DNA of 64,000 nucleotides from Octopus sinensis (GCF_006345805.1 NC_043019.1:7811360-7875359); one strand, 5' to 3'. Positions 11,996 through 25,766 are shown, numbered from the stretch's first letter. Program-made: numbers and translations. Notes: generated from the sequence alone by a model not told the origin.

Positions 11996-12159
11996 CACAA
12001 ATACATACATATATATACATAAGCAAGAAAGGCTTCGAGATTTTTTTTCTTTTTGTAGTCGACCTAAGTTTAAAGTAAAAACTATTGCCGAAGATGTCAC
12101 TCAGTGCAGCTTAACTCGATTTCTTGATGGAATACACACACACACACACACACACACAT

Positions 12160-12216
<57 letters not shown>

Positions 12217-12941
12217 ATATATATACACACATATATATTTATATGTACACATATATTTACATTCATATATATGCAGATGTGCGTGTTTGTGTGTTTGTGC
12301 GTGAAATAGATTATGTGATTATCTCCTTCAAATCTTTGCGGATGAGACGTCCTTATTATCATGGAAATTGTCAAGCAGAAGTCTTTTTCTCTGCAAACAC
12401 ATGCATAGTCGACGATATGCAATTGGATGTTTCTAAGGAATTGACTCGAGGTCAAGATGATGTCATGTTCAAACAAAATCGGTAATAGATGAATTTCAAC
12501 CACGTTTAACATCAAGCAAGTTTTGGAAAAAAAGAATATTGAGAATGCATTTCTCCTTTTGAACATCATATTAGATAGGAAGGACATATTTTTCCTGCGT
12601 AGTTACATTTCGCAAGGATGCTAACCTACAGCTGCGAGGATTTGTCAAAGCTTGTCAGAATTAATTACATCAAAACCTACCACGGAAACCACAAAATATA
12701 CAGCGGTTTGCTGCAGAGAATACCTAGTTTATTCAAAAGATCCTCTGTAATGTGCAAATTTAACCTGGAATCTAACCATGAAAAAGGAAAGCGTCGATGA
12801 TGTTTACGGTTGTTTTCAAAAGGCGTGCTGTGCAGACGTTTAGAGTAAAATGCGTAATGCTTACATGTATAACAAATTTATTTCTGAGGAACAACATTTT
12901 CTAGTTTTTCGACTTCATATCCTACTGTCTTGAAGGAAATA

Positions 12942-12998
<57 letters not shown>

Positions 12999-13244
12999 TT
13001 GGGTATGATTAGTATAATTTTGGTAGTAATGACTTTGTCCCTCTTAGTGTGAGGCATTTATGTGTAATAATGCCCTCTATACAATATAGATATAATTAAT
13101 TTGTTCAAAAGAAAAAAATTATTTTCGAATTCTTTTCTTTTATGAGGTTTTCACGCTAGCTGCCCGATAATTTCTTGTTAAGATCCCTTATTAAGAGATT
13201 ATCCTTAATTGTTAAACTTATATATATATATATATATAACCAAA

Positions 13245-13300
13245 AAGGATTCACCAAAATAACAAAGACAAAGACAGGTGGTATAGAAAACAAACAGATA
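13245..13300 (-). mobile_element. Partial copy of the 845-1030 repeat family
   Basis: ATTCAC..AACAAAGAC(A/G)AAGACAGGTGGT(A/G)TAGAAAA..CAGAT is shared; directly follows (TA)n. Confidence 0.6.
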
Positions 13301-14150
13301 ACCTTTTTTCAGAATTTAAATCAGAACGTAACGAAGGAAGGAAATGAAGGTAAACATCTTCACTGTGTGATAACGATTTTTTTCATTTCGCTTTTTTATA
13401 CATATTTGATAATGCTATATCCTCATATAAATTTCATTGAAAGCGGGGCACAGCTCTCCTCGTTTTTGCCCGCAGTTTTGCCTGATACGGAATCAAACTA
13501 CGGTAGACAACATATATTACTGTAACCGATGAATATTGAAATTATTTTGAAAGTTTTCGACCTATGGCCATGCAGACATTTTCTTTACAGGCATCGTGAA
13601 CTTAACTCTTTTCATCAAAACAATTTTCTCTTAAATACCATTTTTTTTACATATCAGCTGCAATGGCTGTTTGCTTGTCTTGCTTCTTCCTTCTTTTAAT
13701 GTCAAATAACTTGACTTATGCCTCAGGATCTCATTTGGTGACTGACACCGATATGTTATCCATATCGGTTTACATTTTATGGCTGCATATATTAGTATGT
13801 AAGTATATATACTCTCCTTTTTTTAAAAAAAATTGTATCTCGTCTACCGCTGAAAAAGGACCTGGTTTTTAAAAGAGATACTCATTGTGATGTAGAGAAA
13901 AGAAGTCAGATTTTAAACTACTACTACTACTACTACTACTACTATATTTGCTGCTGCTGCTGCTACCACTATTACTACTACTATTACTACTATTTGTTTA
14001 TCTTAATCATTTTTTTGTGTCCCTGCGTGTTGTCAGAAGAATAAAAATAATAATTTAAAAAACATGGTAATGACAATAAAAAGAGTGTTCATAGTTTGAA
14101 CATACACACAGACGCACACGAGCACAAAGACACACATGCACACACATACA

Positions 14151-14620
14151 CACACATACACGCATATACCTCCACACACACTCACACATACACGCATATA
14201 CCTCCACACACACTCAAACATACACGCATATACCTCCACACACACTCATATATACACGCATATACCTCCACACACACTCACACATACACGCATATACCTC
14301 CACACACACTCACACATACACGCATATACCTCCACACACACACACACACATACACGCATATACCTCCACACACACACACACATACACGAATATACCTCCA
14401 CACACACTCACATATACACGCATATACCTCCACACACACTCACACATACACGCATATACCCCCACACACACTCACACATACACGCATATACCTCCACACA
14501 CACACACACACACACATACACGCATATACCTCCACACACACACACACACATATACGAATATACCTCCACACACACTCACACATACACGCATATACCTCCA
14601 CACACACACTCACATATACA
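14151..14620. repeat. 32-bp minisatellite, 14 copies
   Basis: Unit CACACATACACGCATATACCTCCACACACACT. The core CG(C/A)ATATACC starts at 14161, 14193, 14225, 14257, 14289, 14321, 14355, 14387, 14419, 14451, 14483, 14521, 14555 and 14587. Confidence 0.95.
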
Positions 14621-15110
14621 CATACATAACTGAAATACTGAAATATAGCTGAAATCCCGGCGATGTGAGCGGTAAAAATGTTTATTACGTCGAGTATAGT
14701 TCCCGAGTTGAATTTTCACCTCAACAAATTGATTAGCAACATCTAAAATTTATGTGCTTCGTTCCTTCTCAGAGATTGCTATTAAGATATTGTGCGAAAG
14801 GTGCTTAATCAATCCTGCCTTCTAATTGCAAGGTTGTATTCAGCAATTACAACTGTCCTGTTTGTTGCAACAGTTGGAGAAAGGAATTGGTGAGATAATA
14901 TTATTTCGTTAACCCTACAACAGTCTGCGAGAACATTGTCCGTTTTATCTCTAAATTACTGTTTTGTTAATTATTTGATGCGCGCTGTGCAATTAAGCCT
15001 AAAACTGTTATTGTCAGTAACGGAATCGGTCAACACATACATGCCTAAAAGCTACCTATCTACACACACATACACACACACACACACGCACGCACGCACA
15101 CATATTTGTT

Positions 15111-15300
15111 TTTGTTTCAGTCATTTCACAGCGGCCATGCTGGAGCACCGACTTCAGTCGAGTAAATCGACACCAGGACTTATTCTTTGTAAGCATAGTA
15201 CTTATTCTATCGTTCTCTTTTGTCGAACCGCTAAGTTACGGGCACGTAAACACACCAGCATAGGTTGCCAAGCGATGGTGGGAGGACAAACACAGACGCG
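15111..15300 (-). mobile_element. SINE family A 3' half
   Basis: TTTCAGTCAT..GCGGCCATGCTGGAGCACCG..GAACCGCTAAGTTACGGG..GGTTGCCAAGCGATGGTGGG. Confidence 0.8.
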
Positions 15301-16320
15301 TGTGTCTGCGTGTTTAGTGAAAAAAGAAATTCGATCTGTGTGAAATACATTAAAAAGACTAAAAGGAAGCGAAAACCAGGCTAATAAGAGGTGAACTATG
15401 AAAGACATAGAGGTCCGCTTAATCAGTATTTCCTCTCTACTTTAATCAATCCTTGGATTATGGGACCGATTAACAAATGTGATTAATGCTTTTGGTGACA
15501 ATGATTCTCCAAACCTATACGAAACACATGTAAGCTTGAATAAAATATATAATTATCCATTAATTTTGTGCGTTTATACATACACGCACTCATACATACA
15601 TACATACATGCACTCATACATACATACATACACACTCACACACACACAAACACATATAGAGTGGTTGTCTATTTTTGTGTTTTATATTTGCGTCAATATT
15701 ATACATGGCATATGGAAACCACATTTCTAATATATCTGTCACGTTTTAACAAACATCAGCTTAATATTTGTAACAGCAATAATTTCTCCAACCTTATAAT
15801 TTATATATCCAACCAGCCAATTATAAACATTCAATATTTTACATAATATGTTACATTTAATACAATATTTCTTTATAATTGTATATTTTGGAGAACATTG
15901 CGACATATTTTTTTCGATTTGTTCCGATAATGCTATAAGCATATTAAAATTCTTCACATTTTTACGGAATATTTTTCTCTTACATATTTAGTTTTCGTTT
16001 CGAAGAACTTCATTTTATATTCCATTAGTTTCTCGTTATTCTTCATTTCTTTTTAATTTTCCATATTTAGGATTACTTGAATGGGTTTATTTTTAGGTTT
16101 TCTTCCTTTTAGTTCCTGCTTTTATTATTTTAGTTGGTTTTTAGTATCTCTGTTGCTGGTCAGTCTGGAAAGAAATTTTCTAAAGCAGTTTGCTAGCTCC
16201 CGAAAAACTGGATATGAGTGAACGATTAAATAATAGAAGAGGAATGTAAAAATACATTGCCAAAAATATATAGTATTGATAAAATAAGAGATGGAATGTG
16301 GATTCGATTTTTATCAAGTA

Positions 16321-16365
16321 CAACATATGTTTCGATCCGTGGTTCTTGGTGTCTTCAGATGCATC
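16321..16365 (-). ncRNA. Degenerate minimal hammerhead-like motif
   Basis: Minus strand: T-CTGAAGA-CACCAAGAACCACGGATC-GAA-ACATATGT-T-G with palindromic ACATATGT. Stems I and II are poorly paired. Confidence 0.35.
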
Positions 16366-16847
16366 AATTAAAATGTCGCTCTAGAGATTTCTTGTATCGG
16401 GTTGCTTACTTTCTATCTTTCGAAATATCCTTCAACGGCATGTGACATCACTGGATGATTTTATCTGCAGACTTAAGGAAGCGAAGACAAAATACGACCT
16501 TACCTGGTCATTACTTAGACATGCGAGTCCCGCTAAATAATTGTATGAAGTCGTGTAAACCTGCTTTGTTCGTTATGTGCAATTATTTGCATATATATCC
16601 CCCGTGTATTGTGCTGCCGAAGAAAGAAGGCTTAGTTTTGGCTTTAATCCAGGAACCAATTCACAATTAACGTAATCTGTTTGGATTTATATAACTCGAT
16701 ACAAAATGAGCTTCTACGTAGAGAGGTCACTTAACGCTCTATCTTCTAAAGGCTTGGCCTTTAATGTTTAACGAAATGCGATATGATAAATACAGGTTCT
16801 CTCTAAGTAGACTGCAAAACGTGCTCGAAATTTATAGTCGTGTCTTT

Positions 16848-16990
16848 GTGGTAAGAATGTTGCATCCCAACCATATGGCACTGCTTTCAGTCAAGCGGCA
16901 TGGCACATTGTGTGAATATCTTCAACTACGGCCTCGGGCCGACTAGAGCATTCTGAGTGGATTTAGTCGATGGAAATTGCAAGAAACCCG

Positions 16991-17052
<62 letters not shown>

Positions 17053-17155
17053 TAACACAGCGGGTTTCTTGTCTCGAATTGTTCGGATAAAACGCTTCAA
17101 GGTAGTGCTTCATCACAGCCAGCCGGTCACATGACTGAAACAAATAACACAGAAA
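16848..17155 (+). mobile_element. SINE family A, internally deleted, with inverted duplication around its (TA)n
   Basis: Head GTGGTAAGAATGTTGCATCCCAACC..GGCCTCGGGCCGAC.., then (TA)n, then tail ..CACATGACTGAAACAAAT. Confidence 0.75.
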
Positions 17156-17904
17156 TAATATCTAGAGATATAAGCGTGCAATATTGAGTATATTCTATGC
17201 TTCAGTTCTGACTTCAGATCAAACAGTAGTTAAAATCGAGTATTGAATAAAAGCAACGATTTGTGCCTTTTCATGCTCGTTATATTCATTAGACATCGCA
17301 GCAGCAATGTGATACGTTTAACATAGTACCTTATAAAAAAAAAAAGCTAAGGAAAATATCGGTAAATATTGGCCAAAATCGTGCTTTCGCCAACATTCGT
17401 GGAGAAACGATGATCGTTTAACAGCTAGAGCAGAGCAATAACCACAGACCTCCTTAAATCGCGCCGTCAGACGATTGCAAAGCTTAGAAAAATTTAAATC
17501 GTCACTCCTTTCGGCAATTGAATTTATCGGAGTTTTCGCCGAAATCCCCCATGAGGTCAATATAATCGATTATATCTAACCCTTGATCAAAAGGATTTCT
17601 GGCCTTACACATATGTTAGAAATCAATATAGGTTTTTTGACTTCAAAGGTCAATGGATGAAGAAGTCAGTAGAGCGGAGACTCGTACGACGTTCGGTATT
17701 TAGTTACGAGCTTTCGTGTAGCTTAATCGTTCGTCCCTTTGAGCTTGATAAAAATATACAGCAAACAAGTAACAGGGATTGATATAATCGACTGTAAAAT
17801 CACTGAAGCGTGCAAACAGCCTATAAATCAATATTTTGAGTCATTTATTTCTCTTCTGCCATCTTGGTTTTCACTTTCTACTTCACTATATATAATAGAG
17901 TCTA

Positions 17905-17905
17905 G

Positions 17906-17936
<31 letters not shown>

Positions 17937-17986
17937 GCACACATACAAACGTATATGTATGCATATATATATATATATATACATTA

Positions 17987-18054
<68 letters not shown>

Positions 18055-18137
18055 TATATATACACATGTATATATATGTATATATATGTATGTATGTATA
18101 GATATATATATGCATATATATACATATACGTACATAC

Positions 18138-18191
<54 letters not shown>

Positions 18192-18310
18192 ACATATATA
18201 TTGATATATGAATATATAGACATGTGTGTGTAAATACGTGTATATTTGTATATATATATATATATATATATGCATAAACGAATACACACACACACACACA
18301 CATATATATA
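17905..18310. repeat. (TA)n/(TG)n/(CA)n compound microsatellite
   Basis: Direct reading. Confidence 0.95.
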
Positions 18311-18899
18311 TCCATGTGTGTATATGACTTTTCTGTTGGTGGTTGTGTATACTTTCTCCCAAACACGTTATTATGCTATGTCAATTTAAACTTGATAGTT
18401 TCTATCCCCTCCCATTTTCTTATATCTCCCTCTTCCCCCACGCACTTTCCTATAGAATCTCTCTCTCTCTCTCCCTCTCTCTCTCTCTCCCTGACTCTGT
18501 CTGTCTGCTTCTCCCTTTGTCTTTTTTGTACTATTTTGTTTGTTATTGTTATTGTAAGAATCATCTTTTTATAATCAAAAACTCGTTTTAATAAATTCAT
18601 ATTGCATAATGAATTTTAAACTCCATCTTCAATGGAATAGAAAATGGAATACAGGTTTCATACGGTTCTACTCACTGTTTTTTGTCGGTTTTCTTTTTTT
18701 TGGGGGGGTTATAGAAATACTCGCGTCGTGCTGTTAGTGATAATATTTCATGTTTTTATTTTTCGTTGTTAGTCTTTGTCTTTCTTGAGTGTTGTTTCAG
18801 CGTTTTTATATTTTTGATTTTCCGATCTTTCCAGCGCAAACATTGCTCTGTTAGTGTGTGCGCGTCTACAGTCGAATATATTTTGTTATCGTGATTGTG

Positions 18900-18922
18900 T
18901 AGATCATCGTCATCTTCATCGC

Positions 18923-18953
<31 letters not shown>

Positions 18954-19248
18954 GTGATCATCATCATCATCAACATCATCATCATCGTGATCATACGTAT
19001 CATAATTATCAACATCGTCGAACTAATCATCATCATCGTCATCAACGTCACCACCACCACCACCACCATCACCATCACCAATACCACCAAAACCACTAAT
19101 ACAAACAGCAACAACAAAAACAACAACTCCGTTGTCGTTATTGTCATTATTATTATTGTTTTCCTTCTCAGAGTGTTCCGTCTTGTTAGCTGTTTTATTA
19201 TTTTCATAACTATCATTATTATTACTATTATTATTGTTGATGTTGTTG

Positions 19249-19285
<37 letters not shown>

Positions 19286-19356
19286 CATTATTATTATTAT
19301 TATTACTATTATTATTATTATTTTTATTATTATTATTATTATTACTATTATTATTT

Positions 19357-19446
<90 letters not shown>

Positions 19447-19921
19447 TTGTTATTAGTATTAATATTATTATAAATTACTGTTATGATGTTGCTTTTGAAA
19501 ACTGATATAATTAGAAGGAGATTGATCAGAAATGCCGATCGAAAAGGCATCAAATTGGTAGGTGACGACTCGATTGTTGACTTTGTAGGTGATGCTGCTG
19601 AGGCTACTGTTGGTGTTGTTGTTGCTGGAATTGCTGCTACAGTTCTTCATGATGATGATAATGATGATGATTAGGTTTTTTTTTGTTGTTGCTGATGATG
19701 ACAACGACGACGATGAGGACGATGATGATGATGATGTTTGGTGAATTGTAACAGCAATACGCTTCTTATGCAGGTTCTCGCATATCGACCAAGCATCTGC
19801 CAAACCAACATGACCATCAATCACGAAATAGGCATCACCGAACACAACAACAACCGCAACAGCATCAAGAACACTACTACTAGTAATACTAAAAGTACCA
19901 CCGCCACCAGCACCAGCACCC

Positions 19922-19969
<48 letters not shown>

Positions 19970-19993
19970 ATACTACTACTACTACTGATGCTG

Positions 19994-20044
<51 letters not shown>

Positions 20045-20146
20045 TTACTATCACTGCTGCTGCTACGGCTGTTGCTGCTGTTCCTTTCTCTCCTGGTATT
20101 ACAACCACTGGTGCTGTTACTACTGCTACTGCAGTTACTACTACTA

Positions 20147-20178
<32 letters not shown>

Positions 20179-20213
20179 ACTGCTGCTGCTACAGCTACTA
20201 CTACTACTACTAC

Positions 20214-20246
<33 letters not shown>

Positions 20247-20307
20247 TAATAATAATAATAGCAACAACAACAAAGACAACAACAATGTCAATAACAACAA
20301 CAACAAC

Positions 20308-20359
<52 letters not shown>

Positions 20360-20400
20360 TAATAATAATAACAAAAATAATAATAATAATACTAATAAAC
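18900..20400. repeat. Compound trinucleotide field (CAT, ATT, GAT, ACT, GCT, AAT)
   Basis: Direct reading; source of the homopolymer ORFs. Confidence 0.95.
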
Positions 20401-20870
20401 TGTAGCATGTAAACACAATAACAATAAGGCAAGCGACTATGAACAGAGTACGGCCAAAAATAATTAAAATGGCGTCAACGAAAAAATTGAACAGAAAAAA
20501 CAACAGTTGAGATGAAATCACCAAGAAGCAAAACATCATCAAATAAACTGGCACCAAAAAAAAAACAAAAGAAAACAATAGCGCTACAATGAAGAAAAAA
20601 AACACCGACAATAATAAATGATGTAAAACAATTGTCTTTATTTGGAATAATAATTAAGTGTCGTCGGTATATTTTAATATATCATTATGATTGATGCATA
20701 TATTGGTGAAGGAGAGAAAATATTAAGAACTAAAAGATGAGGAAAAAGGAGAGGAGAAAATGATTGGAGGAAGAGCAATACGAAAAGCAAATACATATAT
20801 ACACACGTACATGCATGCATACAAAGAAACGTACACACATATATACATACATACACACGTACATACATAT

Positions 20871-21120
20871 GAATTCATATTCATATCAATAATAATAGGA
20901 GTGCTAGGGTTTGTTAGTAAATGCTTAAAGGTGAATCTGGATAAACTGGGATTTTCAGAAAGAGAAACTGACCGGCTGATTCGTAGACAAGTGCAGTCTG
21001 TGAGTGGAACAATAAAAATATGCAAGACTTTTCTCATGTTCTAAAAATGAATTTATCTTTGTTGAAATTCGGCACCCTCCTCAGTGGAAGATCTATAATA
21101 ATTAGAATATAGAAGAGACT
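20871..21120 (+). mobile_element. 3' fragment of RLE-type (R4/Dong-like) non-LTR retrotransposon
   Basis: FISIIIGVLGFVSKCLKVNLDKLGFSERE..LIRR.VQSVSGTIKICKTF, homologous to the next fragment; flanked by (CATA)-type repeats. Confidence 0.7.
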
Positions 21121-21164
21121 TGCATACACATATACATACACGTACATACATACCCCAATAAAAT

Positions 21165-21716
21165 ATATGCACAAGAGACCTGATATAATGATTTGAGATA
21201 GAGAAGAGAAACTGCGCTCAGTTGTGGAAACCTGCTACCCAGCGGATGTCAAAGTAAAACCGAAGATCAGTGAAAAAGAGAACACCTATGCGGAACTGTT
21301 GAGAAATCTGCAGTTACTCTGTCCAGATTACAAGTCCAGGTTTATACCCATAATTGTTGGGGCTCTGGAATATGTAACATACAGCCCAAATACCAATATT
21401 GAGAAATTAGGCTTCTCAAAACCACAAAAGAGAAAGCTAATTCGAAGACTACAGATCCAATCCATCAGTGGAACTGTAAAAATCTGTTAAACTTTCCAGA
21501 AGTTTATCATTTAAATATATATATGAGTATGTCCAGATATGTAACTATATGCATGAGAATACACACATAAAACAAAACATACAAACCTTATATACAGACA
21601 AAAATATCCATTTGGTGGTGTGGAAATTCCAATGAAGTGCTCCGGTTCTAGATTATAAACCGGCCCTTGTTCTTTAAACAAGAACTCTTGAAATAAAACG
21701 CAATAACGACTTAAAT
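21165..21716 (+). mobile_element. 3' fragment of RLE-type (R4/Dong-like) non-LTR retrotransposon with PD-(D/E)xK nuclease motif
   Basis: From 21176: RPDIMI*DREEKLRSVVETCYPADVKVKPKISEKENTYAEL..FIPIIVGALE..SGTVKIC, with an in-frame stop; 3'UTR followed by CATACATAC. Confidence 0.8.
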
Positions 21717-21984
21717 ATATGCATACATACATGTGAAGTAACCCGCAGATTACAAATACGATTGGTAAGTATAACATTAGAAATGTGCAACAGTTTCCTC
21801 AAGATCAAAATGTGACATTGTTTTCGTTACCCACATTCCAAGAATTGAGCTTCGCACATTTTGGTAGATACCAGTTTTCACTCAGAAGTTAAATTTAAAT
21901 AATTGAAAACAAAGGGGAACAATCATCTTCAAGAAAAGCAAATGAGAACAGTAACGTTAAACTCCTTCGTTCAACAAATGACCC

Positions 21985-22010
21985 ACAACAGAGGAGATTT
22001 ATCTATCTAC

Positions 22011-22102
<92 letters not shown>

Positions 22103-22119
22103 TTATCTATACATCTATA

Positions 22120-22178
<59 letters not shown>

Positions 22179-22192
22179 TATCTATATATATA

Positions 22193-22244
<52 letters not shown>

Positions 22245-22275
22245 CATCTACCTATCCATGTAATCGACTATCTAT
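21985..22275. repeat. (TCTA)n microsatellite
   Basis: Direct reading. Confidence 0.95.
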
Positions 22276-23723
22276 CTATATATCTATCTATCTACCTAGA
22301 TTTCCGTGTTTGAGTATGTTTTGTTTTTATCATTAGTCAGGATGTGGTAAGTAAATTTGAGGGTATTCCATACTAACGAAAAGAAAAAAAAATGTAGTTA
22401 TTCTTGAACTGAGAGATCGCCAACATACTTGCAATGCAGTGGATTTCACTAAAAACATCCAAGAACTAGGATAGAGATGTTAAATTGAGCACCGGATTAA
22501 ATGTACCATCTACAATTGAAACATCAATCAGAAACGGGAATCTTTTACTGTGCATATATATCTAAAAAATACCTTTTCTTGGCTATGATCAGGCGCAATA
22601 TACACGTAATGCATAAACAAGCTTTAAGTTCAAAGGAAAAGTTTTCTCACTTTTATTAACGACGAATCCATGTATGAGGAGAGAGTGAATCCCTCTTCTA
22701 CTTTAGTATCTTTGAAGTGTTCTTTATATGTGGCAGGCGTGACAAGCGTGTTGGTCTTATGGCCACCACGCTTTCGGCGATTGTAGTTATTGGAAGGATC
22801 AATTGTACCGTATGTGCATGTACATACTCCTATATATATATATATACTTTCCAACATTCACACACTCACACACACACACCACACACACACCACACACACA
22901 CACACAGAAATACACTCAATCATACGTGAGAGATAGATAGACTAGCAGACTGAAAGAGAAGAAATAGCTGGATAGATACTTAGATAGATAGAAAGGTAGT
23001 AAGATAAATATAAATATATATATATGCGTGTTTATGTGTGTGTGTCTGTGTGTGTCTGTGTCTGTGTGTGTGTGTGTATGTATATATATATATATATATA
23101 TACATAGATACATAGATAGAAATTGATGTATAGTAGAGCGAATCACGAGCATAAATTTCTGGGTTCGAATAATGGGACCAGTGCACATTGATTCCTTAAG
23201 AAGCTCACTTGATATTCATGTTATTCCAGCTCCAATGCGAACGAGCCAAGTGTTTCTGGTGCTGTGTTTTTCTCGAGATGATTAATCATGTTACAGTTTT
23301 AGGCGCCTAAAACTTATAAGCGAAACCATGGTTCCAAGTGAGATAAGATTTGAGGCACTGAATCTCCCAAATGCATTATTCAAGATTTTCACTCCCGATA
23401 CTCAGACGTCTGTTATGTGAAGGATATAACTGAGTAAAATTAGAATATTCTAGAAGTATTAACTAGAATATGTTTGCTACTAACAATGCCATAAAGGTAT
23501 ATATATATATATATATGGATGGTAATAAGTGAGAGCGCCATAGAGTTTCACTGAGGAGAATGGAAAATGTTTAACCATTGCAGGTGAAGATGTCACCAAA
23601 GAACTTATTAAAATTATGATAAAATTTTATGACAAACATGTATAGAGAACGATTTATGATAGGTAAGAAGAGATATTCTATGTAAAAAGAGACTATTATC
23701 GTGTAAATAAATATACATGTGCC

Positions 23724-24140
23724 ATTCATTAGACTGTGGCCATGCTAGGGCCACAGCCTTGAATAATTATTAATTGAATGTATCGACCAGAGAAGAACTT
23801 GTATTTTAAAAGCCTGATACTTATACTATCGTCTCTTTTGGCAATCTGTAAAGTTACGAGGACGTAAGCATACCAACAGCTGATGTCAAGCAGAGGTGGT
23901 GGACAAACACACATACATACATACATACATACATGCTTATATTCATACATACATCTATATAAACATATATGACGGTCTTCTTTCAGTTTCCGTCCATCAG
24001 ATTCACTCAAGAAGCCTTGGTACACCCGAGGCCATACTAGAATCTTTTAGCCCAAGGCGCTACGCAGTAGCACTGAAATTCGAGACCATGTGTTTTGGAA
24101 AGGAAGATTGCTATCATACGGCCAGGCCTGCGCCTGTAAA
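23724..24140 (-). mobile_element. SINE family A, full length, diverged, internal (TACA)n
   Basis: Tail GACTGTGGCCATGCTAGGGC.., internal CATA repeat, head ..CTTTCAGTTTCCGTCC..CCCAAGG..ACCATGTG. Confidence 0.75.
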
Positions 24141-24610
24141 TGTCTGACTAAAAATATAGAAACTAACATGTGAAGACAGGGAGGCAATACCTGAAGGATT
24201 ATAAATATTGATATATGTGTTGAGCTCGTATTGCGACTATAAAAAAGTATGATTACATTTATACTTATGTATTCAATAATGACATCCTTTAATAATAGTT
24301 TCTAATTAGTTAAACTATGAAAAATCACAGTAAATAGATCAATAGCATGAATAATAATTAAATGCAAATTAAAAATCATGCATATACATGCTCATAAAAG
24401 TTTTTATAAAACGCTTTAAAAAAAAATAGCAAATTAAGAATTGTTTCAAAGCTTTGAACCTTTGAGAGAACAAAAGAACAAAATTCATATCAACGAAACC
24501 ATTCCGCTGTAATATCAATATTTACTAGTAAAACATGCTACATTACAAATTTTAGATTACATAAAAAGCAAGAGAGAAAATTGGTTTGTCGAATTTTGTA
24601 GCTGGTCATC

Positions 24611-24910
24611 CGTAAAGACAACATATTACCGCTAAGCATTTCGCCCGGCGTGCTAACGTTTCTGTGAGCTTGCAGCCTTATAGGCATGAAAGATATTATT
24701 TTCTACTCTAGAGACAAGGCCCGAAGTTCTTGGGGAGGGGGCCAGTCGATTAAATCGAGCGCAGTACACAACTCTAACTTAATTTATCGACCCCGAAAAG
24801 ATGAAAGGCAAATTCGACCTCGGCGGAATTTGAACTCAGAACGTAAAGACAGACGAAATACCACGAAGCATTTCACCCGGCGAGCTAACGTTTCTGCCAG
24901 TTCGCAGCCT
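24611..24910 (-). mobile_element. SINE family B full copy plus adjacent head fragment
   Basis: Full copy 24692-24910 (GACAAGGCCCGAAG..TCGACCTCGGCGGAATTTGAACTCAGAACG..TTCTGCCAG) and a second head at 24611-24678. Confidence 0.8.
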
Positions 24911-25376
24911 TATAGGTATGGAAAATAGAGGATCAAAAGAAAACTGTCAATACAACACTCATCCCAACCGGTGTAATTGGACTATGAGTCCACACTGTAA
25001 TAGTTCAAGGCTGAAGATCGCAGTTGCGGAATATCCGAATCGTACAGTTACCAAGTATAGTATACAGCACTGTTTGTTGAGTATTGTAGCGATAAATACA
25101 ACCACAGGCGACTGAGTGAGGGCATGAGCACACAGAGTGAGGTACACACGCACGCAGTGCATTTATCTATGAATATATAAACTACCATACGATGGTTCCT
25201 TTACTTGTTTATTTTCGCAAATCCTAAAAGACCTCACAAATATCTGATCGGCTCCAGGGCATAAACAAAAACAAATTTCCCAATTTGACACGCCGTGGGA
25301 CTCAACACGAAGGCACTTAAATTCAAGGCCCACATTCTAAAAAGACTCGTGTCTGCCATTCTCATTCTTTCTCAGC

Positions 25377-25424
<48 letters not shown>

Positions 25425-25425
25425 C

Positions 25426-25480
<55 letters not shown>

Positions 25481-25766
25481 TATCTACATTGTAGATGTAC
25501 AAAAGCAGGAGTAATTTCAAAGTTACTGCTTAGATTTGAAAATAGATTAATAAACTTAATTCATTTTGAAACGTTAGAATCTCATCACAAATTGTGTCCA
25601 TAAATTTGACTAATCCAATGTAAAACAAGGATTACAGTCGCTACTGAAAACAGGCGTCACTAATGTGTCAATTGTATGTGTTTATTTCATGTCATTTTCC
25701 TGTCAACATCTGTATCTATTTACAAACACACATACGTATATTCATACTGACACAAACACGCGCTTA

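Noticed and set aside
12330-12800. Peptide QIFADETSL resembling an RT or DDE motif
   Set aside because: A single short motif with no other colinear motifs found.
13552-13618. Minus-strand TTGATGA..GGTCGAAA
   Set aside because: C3 is absent and the stem II closure is mismatched.
14151-14620. CRISPR-like regular repeats (also 47760-47905)
   Set aside because: No unique spacers, no cas genes and a eukaryotic context.
21067-21084. Minus-strand CTGAGGA-GG-GTG-CC-GAAT in the RLE 3'UTR
   Set aside because: GAAT instead of GAAA, only a 2-bp stem and no stem III.
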